Virus record (IMG/VR): IMGVR_UViG_3300009494_000003
Location: 1 to 56,638 of that record
Strand: one strand, 5' to 3'
Length of the DNA stretch: 56,638 nucleotides
From: a virus
Taxonomy: Duplodnaviria; Caudoviricetes
Each line of letters begins with the position of its first letter. The first letter of the stretch is position 1. Below the pieces are notes generated by a model. It did not search any database. It was not told where the DNA came from and worked only from the letters and a program-made list of their open reading frames with translations. Both the position numbers and the translations under genes were made by a program. Below, piece by piece: positions 28,216 to 37,109 of this stretch.

Positions 28216-29561
28216 TGCAGATTGATGTCAAAGTCGAGGCCGAATTTCTGGCCTCCATTCTCCAGGGCAAGAACATCGTAGAGCCCGACGTGCTGAGGTT
28301 TGTCGAGCCCGAGTATTTCCAGGTCGAATCGTATCAGTGGCTTGTCCAGCTCCTGAAGGAGCGCGAGTGGAAGCCCCTGGTGTTCGATTACCTTGACCAG
28401 GAGCTGCTTGCGTTGAAGGAAGACGAGACGCGGGAGAAGCACCGCAACCAGTTGTACGCCCTGTATGTTCGGGAATTGTCGTTCGCTGAGGATGCGGCGG
28501 ACAAGTTCAGGGCCTATGTTTCGTTTTGTGTCGTCAATTCCCGGGTGCGTGGGGCTTTTGAGGGCTTTGCGCGCACCGACCGTATCGATTTTCTTCTCGA
28601 TGAGATCGGGGACGCGACCCATGAGGCCAGGGACGTGGTGCGCGTCAATGCTCTGCCTGTGATTGATCTTGCGGATAATTACCTGGAGCGACAACACCTG
28701 CGACAACACCTGCGAGATAACCCGGCCATGAATCCCCGGTTGCTGACGGGCATTGTGGGTCTCGACCAGCAGTTTATTATTCGTGCTCCCATGCTGGTCG
28801 ATTTCCTGGCCCCGTTCAAGCGCTACAAGAGTATCTTTCTCAACGCACTCGGCTACGCGTTGCTTCTCCAGGGCCATGACGTTCTGCACGTCACGTACGA
28901 AAATTCGATAGAGTTGACGATGGATCGCTACGACTCAATGTTCTCGGAGCTGAATTATGATCGGATTTCGAATATGCTCATTACGCAGGAGGAGCGCGCT
29001 GCGCTTGACCAGACGTTTGCGTGGATGAAGCAGTGGAAGAACCGGTTGAAGGTTGTCAAGGGCGTTGCCAATAAGACGACGGTTGCGGAAGTGGAGGAGG
29101 AGGTCGAGCGCCTTCGGGACCGTCAGGGTTTTTCCGCGACTGTCGAGATCTGGGATTATTTGAACATCATAGCCCCATCCAAAGAGTTTCATCAGGAACG
29201 TCATGAGCAGAAACAGATCGTGTGGGACCTGAAGGTTCATGCCGAGAAATATGGGGTTGCAGTCATCGAAGCGAGTCAGGCGAACATGGTGGGTGTGCAG
29301 GCCGATAGACTGGATTTGAGTCACCGGGGGTTGTCAACGGACATCTCCCGTGGAATCGATTTGTGCATCGCAATCGACCAGACCGAGGATGAGAAGGAAG
29401 AAGGGATTATCGTGTTGTCTCCACAGTTTGTCAGGGGCGGGGCCATAACTATACCGGAGATAGTCCTAGATTCCGATTTGCCTCGGATGGTTGTGAGCCG
29501 TGAATTGCATCGCCTTTGGGAGCACGCTGCACGAATAAATCCTTATATTTCAACAGATTAG
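28215..29561 (+). CDS. DnaB-like replicative helicase with atypical Walker A
   Basis: LLTGIVGLD, APFKRYKS, VTYEN, WDYLNII, ASQAN; lies between loader and primase. Confidence 0.75.
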   Translation: MQIDVKVEAEFLASILQGKNIVEPDVLRFVEPEYFQVESYQWLVQLLKEREWKPLVFDYLDQELLALKEDETREKHRNQLYALYVRELSFAEDAADKFRAYVSFCVVNSRVRGAFEGFARTDRIDFLLDEIGDATHEARDVVRVNALPVIDLADNYLERQHLRQHLRDNPAMNPRLLTGIVGLDQQFIIRAPMLVDFLAPFKRYKSIFLNALGYALLLQGHDVLHVTYENSIELTMDRYDSMFSELNYDRISNMLITQEERAALDQTFAWMKQWKNRLKVVKGVANKTTVAEVEEEVERLRDRQGFSATVEIWDYLNIIAPSKEFHQERHEQKQIVWDLKVHAEKYGVAVIEASQANMVGVQADRLDLSHRGLSTDISRGIDLCIAIDQTEDEKEEGIIVLSPQFVRGGAITIPEIVLDSDLPRMVVSRELHRLWEHAARINPYISTD

Positions 29562-29602
29562 AGCTTTTTTGGCACTGAACAAAAATTTAGCATAGAATTT
29601 TC

Positions 29603-29631
29603 TTGACACCGGTTTTTCAGGTTGCTACTTA
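29603..29631 (+). promoter_or_regulatory. Possible sigma70-like promoter before primase
   Basis: TTGACA-17 nt-TACTTA in an AT-rich intergenic gap. Confidence 0.4.
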
Positions 29632-29695
29632 TATAGTCTCAGTATGTGGATTTGATGGGTTTTTGGTGGACTTTTAGCGGATTTTAGGGGCAGGC

Positions 29696-30640
29696 ATGGT
29701 CGATCCTCAATCGTATATTCTGTCGAAATTTCCTGATAAATCGCCTAATTCGGCTGGCGAGATACACGCGTCCTGTCCGTTCCATGATGATCGCAATCCA
29801 AGTTTTTCAATCAACGTAGAGCGCGGTGTCTTTGTTTGCGGCTCGGGTCGGTGCGGGGTTCGCGGCAATTTTGCTCTTTTTTACAAGATGATGGAGAACA
29901 TTACCTCCTGGCGTGAGGTCTATGAACGCCTGAAGGTGAACCGGATCGCGCTCGACATCGAAGAGCTGTTGGCCACCAAACCCGTGGGGCAAAAGCAGTA
30001 CGAAGTCAGTCAATTTCCTGCCGCGCCACACGCATGGGTCGAGGAGATCGGCCACATCGCGTATCTCGATGAACGCGGCCTGGGAAAAGACGTGATCGAC
30101 GCCTACGGGCTCCTCTACGGGCGTCTGGGTGCCTCGGCCAACATCGGCATTACGGACTCGATAATTCTACCCGTGTACGACCTCAACGGCGCGTACCTGA
30201 CGTTCCAGGTGCGCTACCTGAGTCCAACATCCCGGTTACGGTGGCGCACGCCCTCGAATTCGCCTATCCAGCGTCTCCTCTATGGTGGCTGGATCATCCC
30301 GTGGAATCGGGATCGGCAATTGTGGATAGTTGAGGGCGCGAGCGATGTCTGGGGGCTCTTTAGGCACGGTGTGCAGAGCGTGGGTCTTTTTACCAAAGCT
30401 GCGTCGGATGCGCAGCTGAACCGTGTTGCTGAAGTATGTCGCGATTTTGGTCTGATTCCCGTCGTGTGCCTCGATGGAGACGCTATAACCGACAGTAAAG
30501 ACTTTGGGCAGGTCATCCAGCACGAGCTTATCGCCTCGGGCCTGGATGCCCGTCTTGTTCACCTGGAGCGCCATGAGGATCCGGGCGCTCTACCAGCGGA
30601 GAGACTGGCGTCCCTGCGTCAGGAACTCGGAGAAATGTGA
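29696..30640 (+). CDS. DNA primase (CHC2 zinc finger + TOPRIM)
   Basis: CPFHDDRNPSFSIN..C..C; IVEGASD; LDGD; EDPG. Confidence 0.85.
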   Translation: MVDPQSYILSKFPDKSPNSAGEIHASCPFHDDRNPSFSINVERGVFVCGSGRCGVRGNFALFYKMMENITSWREVYERLKVNRIALDIEELLATKPVGQKQYEVSQFPAAPHAWVEEIGHIAYLDERGLGKDVIDAYGLLYGRLGASANIGITDSIILPVYDLNGAYLTFQVRYLSPTSRLRWRTPSNSPIQRLLYGGWIIPWNRDRQLWIVEGASDVWGLFRHGVQSVGLFTKAASDAQLNRVAEVCRDFGLIPVVCLDGDAITDSKDFGQVIQHELIASGLDARLVHLERHEDPGALPAERLASLRQELGEM

Positions 30641-30871
30641 TGCAGAACGAAGATACCTTATCCGGGCGAAGGCAAGAGTCCATATCCATAATTCATAATG
30701 CAATTGCTGGCGCGAAGATTTTGGCATTCGAGTTGGACGTATCTCATCGGGATTCAAAAGTTATAATGAAAGCGTGTCTGAGCATCGAAGGCGGAAGGAA
30801 GCTGATATACGACATGGACACCGGACACATTACCTTTGAGGACAGCGGGCGCTCTACCAGCGGAGAGACTG
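30582..30871 (+). repeat. 26-bp perfect direct repeat of primase 3' region (30582-30607 and 30846-30871)
   Basis: CGGGCGCTCTACCAGCGGAGAGACTG twice; second copy merges into a match to 12439-12466. Confidence 0.85.
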
Positions 30872-31521
30872 ACGCAAGTACGTCAAAACCTCGAAAGAGA
30901 AACACAGGAGAAAAACTGATGAAACTGTCAGAATTTTTACAGGCCGTTGGAGACGAAGCGTCTGCAATAATAAATTATGTTGGAGAGGAGGCTTTAAAGG
31001 CCGTCAAGCAAGACGGAGACGCGCTCAAGTACGTGAAGGACCAGACGCCCGAAATCTGTACCGAGGCCGTTAAGCGTAACGGATACGCGCTCAAGTACGT
31101 GAAGGACCAGACGCCCGAAATCTGTACCGAGGCCGTTAAGCGTAACGGATACGCGCTCAGGTACGTGAAGGACCAGACGCCCGAAATCTGTACCGAGGCC
31201 GTTAAGCGTAACGGATACGCGCTCAAGTACGTGAAGGACCAGACGCCCGAAATCTGTACCGAGGCCGTTAAGCGTAACGGATACGCGCTCAGGTACGTGA
31301 AGGACCAGACGCCCGAAATCTGTACCGAGGCCGTTAAGCGTAACGGATACGCGCTCAGGTACGTGAAGGACCAGACGCCCGAAATCTGTACCGAGGCCGT
31401 CAAGCAAGACGGAGACGCGCTCAAGTACGTGAACAAAAGTATTTTTGAGCCGGATGGCAACACAAAAACCAAGCAACCGTGTCCGCGATGTAATGGAACG
31501 GGTATCGTGGAGGAAGCCTGA
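30637..31521 (+). CDS. Hypothetical domain read through into a DUF4116-like repeat protein (internal start 30919)
   Basis: RBS AGGAG + ATG 30919 homologous to 12500; paralogous stop AAACCTTGA appears here as AAACCTCGA; C-terminal CPRCNGTG. Confidence 0.7.
   Translation: MMQNEDTLSGRRQESISIIHNAIAGAKILAFELDVSHRDSKVIMKACLSIEGGRKLIYDMDTGHITFEDSGRSTSGETDASTSKPRKRNTGEKLMKLSEFLQAVGDEASAIINYVGEEALKAVKQDGDALKYVKDQTPEICTEAVKRNGYALKYVKDQTPEICTEAVKRNGYALRYVKDQTPEICTEAVKRNGYALKYVKDQTPEICTEAVKRNGYALRYVKDQTPEICTEAVKRNGYALRYVKDQTPEICTEAVKQDGDALKYVNKSIFEPDGNTKTKQPCPRCNGTGIVEEA
30998..31433 (+). repeat. 66-bp near-perfect coding tandem repeat, about 6.5 units
   Basis: Units start 31021, 31087, 31153, 31219, 31285, 31351, 31417 (ALKYVKDQTPEICTEAVKRNGY); inner units differ only by AAG/AGG. 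Confidence 0.95.
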
Positions 31522-32420
31522 TGCAACTCGACGTCATGGTCAACAATACGATTGCAGGTCTTCAGGGGGAGTATCCTGATCTTGCGCGGGGGATAAAAAA
31601 ATGGTCACAGTTTCTTCGGCATTCCATCGCGCGCGTATCGCAGATCACGGGCTCGCCGCCAGAGGACGTTCTCGGTGACATTCTTCTCGGACTGGTCAAG
31701 GTCAATGAGATGTATCGTCGGAATCTCTACCGCTACTCAGGGAACCTATTTCGCATCGCTGCTTTCGATGGCAAGGCCGTGCTGATCGAGACCCTGCCTC
31801 ACAACAAAAAACTTCATCTTCGTTTCTGGACTCATTGTTCGAATCTTGAGCCGGTGAAGCGCGCGAAGATGGAGTCGACCATCTACCGCGAGATTCATCA
31901 GCAATATGTCAACTTACTGGCCGTGCATTTCACGTCAAAACACGGGTATGAATCGGCGGGTTTCGACGAGCGTACTGTGGTGGTGCGTGGCGGCACGGAG
32001 GGGGTCTTTACTGAAAAGCGTCGGGTCAAAAACGTGCGGAAGGTTGTTCACCTGGTGGACATTGATGTTCCTGCGGGTGACTTCCAGGACTTAGGGAAAG
32101 CGCTGTATCCGTCATCCGCAGAAGTAGTAGACTACCTGTCTGATTTCAAGTCCAACCCGGAGCAGCAGTTGATTTCAGACGAGGTGGTCGGAAGTCTTGG
32201 GTCCACCCTGTCGGCGGACGCGCTTGTCGTGATGGGCTGTCTCCTCGATGAGCCTGGGATGAACACTCGTTTTATTTCGGAGACAACGGGCCTGTCGCAC
32301 AAGAAGGTGCACGTTGCGCGTCATGAAATCATGCGGGGGTACACCACGATTGCGGGTGCCCGGCAACCATTCGTTCATGGCACGGCACCTGTCTATCTCA
32401 GGGCGGACCAAGTATGCTGA
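31521..32420 (+). CDS. Putative sigma-factor-like transcription protein
   Basis: 'PPEDVLGDILLGL' region-2-like; 'NPEQQL..LSADA..GMNTRFISETTGLSHKKV' region-4 HTH-like. Confidence 0.45.
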   Translation: MQLDVMVNNTIAGLQGEYPDLARGIKKWSQFLRHSIARVSQITGSPPEDVLGDILLGLVKVNEMYRRNLYRYSGNLFRIAAFDGKAVLIETLPHNKKLHLRFWTHCSNLEPVKRAKMESTIYREIHQQYVNLLAVHFTSKHGYESAGFDERTVVVRGGTEGVFTEKRRVKNVRKVVHLVDIDVPAGDFQDLGKALYPSSAEVVDYLSDFKSNPEQQLISDEVVGSLGSTLSADALVVMGCLLDEPGMNTRFISETTGLSHKKVHVARHEIMRGYTTIAGARQPFVHGTAPVYLRADQVC

Positions 32421-33544
32421 TCCAACCGACCAAAGACGGGTTCATTATCGACTACCAGTTTGGACTCGATTTTTGCAAGGCGGTCGAGCGCACGAATCCA
32501 AAGAATGAGCACATTTTTCTGGCCTGCGATGGTCAAATGTTTTCAATTTTTGCGCAGTCGTACACTGCGGCTGTCATGGCGAATGTCCCGGTCACAGGTG
32601 GCCTGCATTTTTGGCTCGGCCTGGATTCTGTCCGGTTCGTGTCGCTCTTCAAACGTCTTTATGCAGGGAGTGACATAGTCATCAAGCCCAGCGAGAGGCG
32701 CGTGGTTGTCAGCGAGGACAACATCTCGGTGAAATTTCCGGCCACACATTTCCATCGACTGTCTGCCCTTCCTCCCTTTGAGTCGATTCCCGGTGCCTCG
32801 GATGGGGCAGGCGCGTGGTTGGTACACGCACTCTCTAGTTGTTACTCAGCGCTCAGCAAGTCGAAGCGTTGGGCCGGGATCTTGGTAGACAACACGGGGG
32901 CGGTCGCGAGGGTAATGAAAATTACGGAGAGTGCGATCAAGATTTTGGCTGGCCCGAAACTTCCGTGTGCTGATCGCCGTTTTATCGTCTCGGACAGCAT
33001 GGCGAGCGCACTTGGTGGGTTCAAGGATTCGGTCGAGGACGTGTTCGTTGCACCTAATCACCTGGGAGTCCGGCTCAAGAACGACATTCTTGTTTACGCA
33101 CCACTCTTGGTGGACGATTACCCACCTCAGTACTTAGATGGTTTTGGGCTGGCCGATGCGCTCCCTCAGATGCTTCCTGCTCCGTCCAGATATGTTTTTG
33201 AACGCGAGGCGCTGGTCAATGTACTCAGTCTCGTATCCGGTGTTGTGGGTCAGCAAGAGTCTCAAGTGAAGTGCGCCTCGGTGGGGTATGCGACGAACAC
33301 CAAAAAGCCGATCTGGCGTGTCAGCGCCAAGGCCTTCAACGGGTGCGAGGCGATGGAGCAGGTGCAGTCTATTGAAGGTTTTCCACCACAGCTGAGCCCC
33401 CTGAGTATACACGCCAGCCGATTTCTGGGGTGTCTCAGGTCGTACGGGGAAACGGTGTATCTGTACAACAGCAGCAATGACTACATTGTGGTCACCGATG
33501 ACGAATCGTGTTCGGATGTCACGCTGCTCTACAAGTCGGCATAG
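32414..33544 (+). CDS. DNA sliding clamp (DnaN/beta-like)
   Basis: 376 aa, three-domain pattern ('DDYPPQY', 'FEREALVNVLSLV'); dnaX in the same operon. Confidence 0.55.
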   Translation: MLIQPTKDGFIIDYQFGLDFCKAVERTNPKNEHIFLACDGQMFSIFAQSYTAAVMANVPVTGGLHFWLGLDSVRFVSLFKRLYAGSDIVIKPSERRVVVSEDNISVKFPATHFHRLSALPPFESIPGASDGAGAWLVHALSSCYSALSKSKRWAGILVDNTGAVARVMKITESAIKILAGPKLPCADRRFIVSDSMASALGGFKDSVEDVFVAPNHLGVRLKNDILVYAPLLVDDYPPQYLDGFGLADALPQMLPAPSRYVFEREALVNVLSLVSGVVGQQESQVKCASVGYATNTKKPIWRVSAKAFNGCEAMEQVQSIEGFPPQLSPLSIHASRFLGCLRSYGETVYLYNSSNDYIVVTDDESCSDVTLLYKSA

Positions 33545-33553
33545 GAGTAGGAT

Positions 33554-34243
33554 ATGGTTTCTAGGATAAAGCCAAAAATTGTGTTGGATCATGCGATGCG
33601 GGATCGGATCAATGAGTTTTACTCGGCGCGACTCGGGGAGGAGGTGATCGGCCTTGAGTGTTTTTCCGATCCGCAACTGGATTCACATATTTGCAGCATA
33701 CTGGCGCTGCCTGAGAATGGCCAGCCCTGTGAATACTGCAAGAACGTGTTCGGACGCCAGTGTCTGGTGACGTGTCATATTCACTATTTTTGTCTCGCAG
33801 TTTTTGCTTTTCGTCTGGGTATTGGCGAGGGCAAGAAGAAAACCACGCTCAATACCGCGCTCAAGCACAACCTCAAGACGCTTTCATACAAGAAGCTCCA
33901 TGCGCTTGTGTTGGAGGTCCTGGCGGCGGAGAAGACTTCGGAGTCCGAATCCCCGGTTACTTCGGGCGAACAGACAGTCCCCGTGTCCGGGGCGGAAGAT
34001 GCACCCATGAAAAAACGTGCGCGCAAGCGTCGTGAGCCTGCGTTCGATGATGCCGGGAACGAACTCATTACCATTACTCAGGCGGCAGAGGTCTATGGAT
34101 GTACGTATGTCAATATGTACAGCCACATTCGACGGGGGAATGTGGAGAAGGTGGTTTACGAGGGGATGAATTATGTCCGGAAAAAGGACGTTGAAGCTTT
34201 TCGAGATCGAAAAAAATCGGATGGCAGCGAGGTGTCCTCATGA
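33554..34243 (+). CDS. Cys-rich protein with C-terminal Xis/MerR-like HTH
   Basis: 'LITITQAAEVYGCTYVNMYSHIRRG..YVRKKDVEAF'. Confidence 0.6.
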   Translation: MVSRIKPKIVLDHAMRDRINEFYSARLGEEVIGLECFSDPQLDSHICSILALPENGQPCEYCKNVFGRQCLVTCHIHYFCLAVFAFRLGIGEGKKKTTLNTALKHNLKTLSYKKLHALVLEVLAAEKTSESESPVTSGEQTVPVSGAEDAPMKKRARKRREPAFDDAGNELITITQAAEVYGCTYVNMYSHIRRGNVEKVVYEGMNYVRKKDVEAFRDRKKSDGSEVSS

Positions 34244-34845
34244 ATGATACATTTGAAAATTCAGACGGACAAAAAATCGCAGAGGCGCGCAATGACAAGG
34301 TAGTAGTGGAGATCTGGCGGAAGGATCACAGCGATGGCAAGACGTATTTCGATGTGCTCTGCAAGTCCGAGTCGAGATACCAGACGTCTATGGACGAGGG
34401 TCGGAGTCTTTCAGACTTACTTCGATGTGAACACATTCCCTCCTTGGTGATTGCTGTCGTGCGTGTAATGGAGTTCGTGGCGGGCTATCTTCGGGAGATT
34501 CGGCGATCTGAAGGTCGTGTACAGATAGTTGATACCCTGGACGTGGTAACCACGTGGGTAGAGCCCGGTTTCGAGTTTGACAGAGATGACGCGATACCTG
34601 CTCCCAGGCAGGTGAAGGAGATCAAGTGCGGGGCGGTTGTCACCGAGCTTCATGAGGGAGACACGGGCTTGTTCATCCGCTGTCGGCGTGAGTATCCGGT
34701 GGGTGGTCAATGGAAGCGCACGGGATTTATTCAGCAACGTGACCTCCGCGATTTGATTGTCTCGGTTACCGAGATGTGGAAGCATGTAGTAAATTCAGCG
34801 GACGGTAATGCACCTGGAACGCAGGGCGGTTTCTATCCGGGGTAA
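34240..34845 (+). CDS. Tandem PC4-like (ssDNA-binding) domain protein
   Basis: Two similar halves; 'RREYPVGGQWKRTGFIQQRDLRDL'. Confidence 0.4.
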   Translation: MNDTFENSDGQKIAEARNDKVVVEIWRKDHSDGKTYFDVLCKSESRYQTSMDEGRSLSDLLRCEHIPSLVIAVVRVMEFVAGYLREIRRSEGRVQIVDTLDVVTTWVEPGFEFDRDDAIPAPRQVKEIKCGAVVTELHEGDTGLFIRCRREYPVGGQWKRTGFIQQRDLRDLIVSVTEMWKHVVNSADGNAPGTQGGFYPG

Positions 34846-37104
34846 TTGATGTTTTTTTCGAAGACAAAAATTCCGCCAACCTACTATCTGATTGATAATC
34901 CGAAGAAGCTCGCGTGGCTTCTCCAGGAGCTTCTTCAGTCCTCGGAATTTTCGTTCGACATCGAGACCAACTATCCAACGTGGAAGAACAAAAAACGGCT
35001 GCCTTCCGATTTCACCGAGTGTATCTGCGGCATTTCTTTTTCGTGGGGCCGTACGCATGTGGAGAGTCCCTGGATGCCGGGTCTCGCGGGTTACGTGCCG
35101 ATCACCAATTCCGATGACAGTCCTTACTGGGGAGATCGACAGAGCTATGTCGTGGGCGCGCTGCGCGAGGTACTGGAGTCTGACATTTCCAAGGTGGCGC
35201 AGAATGGTAAGTTCGATGTCTACAAGCTGATGTTTCTCTCGGATGTTCAGACAAGGGCTTTGGCTTTTGACACGATGTTGGCTCACGCCATCCTGGACGA
35301 GGACCGACGCCAGTGCTCGCACGCGTTGAAGTCGGACTTTGGGTTGGAGGGTCAGGTTCTCAAGCTTGGGATGTCAGACCGATACCTTTCGTCAGAAGGG
35401 AGTTTTTTCAAGGACGACCTCAACGAGGCGCTCAACTTCTATGACCAGCAGCTCCGGCGTTACTCGAAAGTGCCTCTCAACAAACTCTACCCCTACGGGT
35501 GTGCCGACGCGGACCTTACACTGTCACTGAAGTACGTTTTCGAGCCGATGCTTGCCGAGCAGGGGATGCTGCAATTGTTTAACGAGGTTGTGATGCCCTT
35601 GCAGCACGTACTGACCGTGATGGAGCTGCACGGTGTTCCCCTTGATATTCCGGTTGCCCAGCGTGTTCGCGAGGAGCACGGGTCGCTCATGCGAGAGGCT
35701 GAGAAGCTTATCTATGAGCTGGCTGCCAAGAGCGATCCGTCGTCCGAAAAAGAATCGAGGACATTGCGTTTCAACGTAGGCTCCCCTCAGCAGTTGGGCA
35801 AGATTCTTTTCTCTCCGATCAAAGAGGGGGGTATGGGCCTGAGCGGGAAACGTAACCAGCTCGGCAAATGGATAACCGATGGCGATGTGATAAAGGAGCT
35901 GGACCATCCCATCAGTGAACCGATTTTGAAATTTAGGCGCGCTGAGCAAATTCATGGTCACTATGCCGACGCCGCGCTGAATAAGGTTGTCGAGGTGACC
36001 AACGAGGGGCAGATCGGATGGGTTCACCCACAGTACTGGATGGATTCAGTCACGGGCAGGCTCAAGTGCACTGAGCCAAATTTGACAACGTTGCCCAAGC
36101 CCGAAAATGGGGGCATGATTGTCAAAGGCATGTGGCGTGCCGATGATGACCATCTTTTTGTTTTTTCCGATTTCTCACAGATCGAGCTGCGCGTGATTGC
36201 ACACATTTCAGGGGAGCCTGTCTGGGTTGATGGCTTTCGTGCCGGGCACGACATGCATTCGGCGATGGCGAAGCGTATCTGGAACCTTGATTGTCCTGTC
36301 GAGGAGGTCAAAAAGAAATATGGGAAGGAACGTTCGGACGCGAAGACTGTCAATTTCGGAATTGCGTACGGCGAGTCCGAGTATTCTCTGTCGCAGCAGT
36401 TGGGGATGACGGTGGAGGATGCGTACAAGCTCATCAATGAAGATTATTTTGGTGCTGCGCCTGTCCTGCGTCGGTGGATAGATGAGGTTCACGAAACGCT
36501 CAAGCAGTTTGGCTCTGTGCAGAACCTTTTCGGGCGCATTCGTCACCTGCCTGATGCCATGATCCATGTACCTGACGGGGTTCCCTGGCCTGACAAGCAG
36601 GTGCGTCCGAAATGCTATCGGCAGGGTCCGTATCCCGCAGCCCTGGATATCGATCCGTCTGACCTCTACCTGGTGACAGAGCGTCATCTGTGCGATCAGA
36701 TCAGGATGAAGCAAAAGAAGCACCTGTACCATTGTCTGGATTGTCCGCACATTCAATCGTGCTTCATCAACCGTGAGGTCAAGTACACGGGTGGTCTTGT
36801 GGCGCGAGCGTTGCGCCAGGGGGTCAATGCGCCGATCCAGGGGAGTGCCGTGGACATGACGAGCTTGGCGTTGACTTGGATTCACCAGGATTTTTTGAAG
36901 TACGAAATTCCAGCGTGTCCCATTCTTCATATCCACGATGAGTTGATGGTGTATGCGCGGAAGGATGTGATCCCGCAGGTGATTCACATCATGGAACACA
37001 ACATGATCAAGCGTCTGGGGGATCGCCTTCAGTTCAAGGTTCCCATCTTGACGGATACCAAGGTGGTCCAGCGTTGGTCGGACAAACACGATGATGAGGA
37101 GTAA
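34846..37104 (+). CDS. polA: Family A DNA polymerase (3'-5' exo + polymerase, no 5'-3' exo)
   Basis: FDIET, QNGKFD, YGCADAD; TGRL, DFSQIELR, RSDAKTVNFGIAYG, NAPIQG, IHDEL. Confidence 0.93.
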   Translation: MMFFSKTKIPPTYYLIDNPKKLAWLLQELLQSSEFSFDIETNYPTWKNKKRLPSDFTECICGISFSWGRTHVESPWMPGLAGYVPITNSDDSPYWGDRQSYVVGALREVLESDISKVAQNGKFDVYKLMFLSDVQTRALAFDTMLAHAILDEDRRQCSHALKSDFGLEGQVLKLGMSDRYLSSEGSFFKDDLNEALNFYDQQLRRYSKVPLNKLYPYGCADADLTLSLKYVFEPMLAEQGMLQLFNEVVMPLQHVLTVMELHGVPLDIPVAQRVREEHGSLMREAEKLIYELAAKSDPSSEKESRTLRFNVGSPQQLGKILFSPIKEGGMGLSGKRNQLGKWITDGDVIKELDHPISEPILKFRRAEQIHGHYADAALNKVVEVTNEGQIGWVHPQYWMDSVTGRLKCTEPNLTTLPKPENGGMIVKGMWRADDDHLFVFSDFSQIELRVIAHISGEPVWVDGFRAGHDMHSAMAKRIWNLDCPVEEVKKKYGKERSDAKTVNFGIAYGESEYSLSQQLGMTVEDAYKLINEDYFGAAPVLRRWIDEVHETLKQFGSVQNLFGRIRHLPDAMIHVPDGVPWPDKQVRPKCYRQGPYPAALDIDPSDLYLVTERHLCDQIRMKQKKHLYHCLDCPHIQSCFINREVKYTGGLVARALRQGVNAPIQGSAVDMTSLALTWIHQDFLKYEIPACPILHIHDELMVYARKDVIPQVIHIMEHNMIKRLGDRLQFKVPILTDTKVVQRWSDKHDDEE

Positions 37105-37109
37105 TCTCA

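Noticed and set aside
28688-28715. 12-bp tandem duplication in dnaB (RQHL x2)
   Set aside because: Small in-frame duplication in a linker; no evident function.
30998-31433. Possible CRISPR array
   Set aside because: Contiguous in-frame 66-bp coding repeats without unique spacers; no cas genes.
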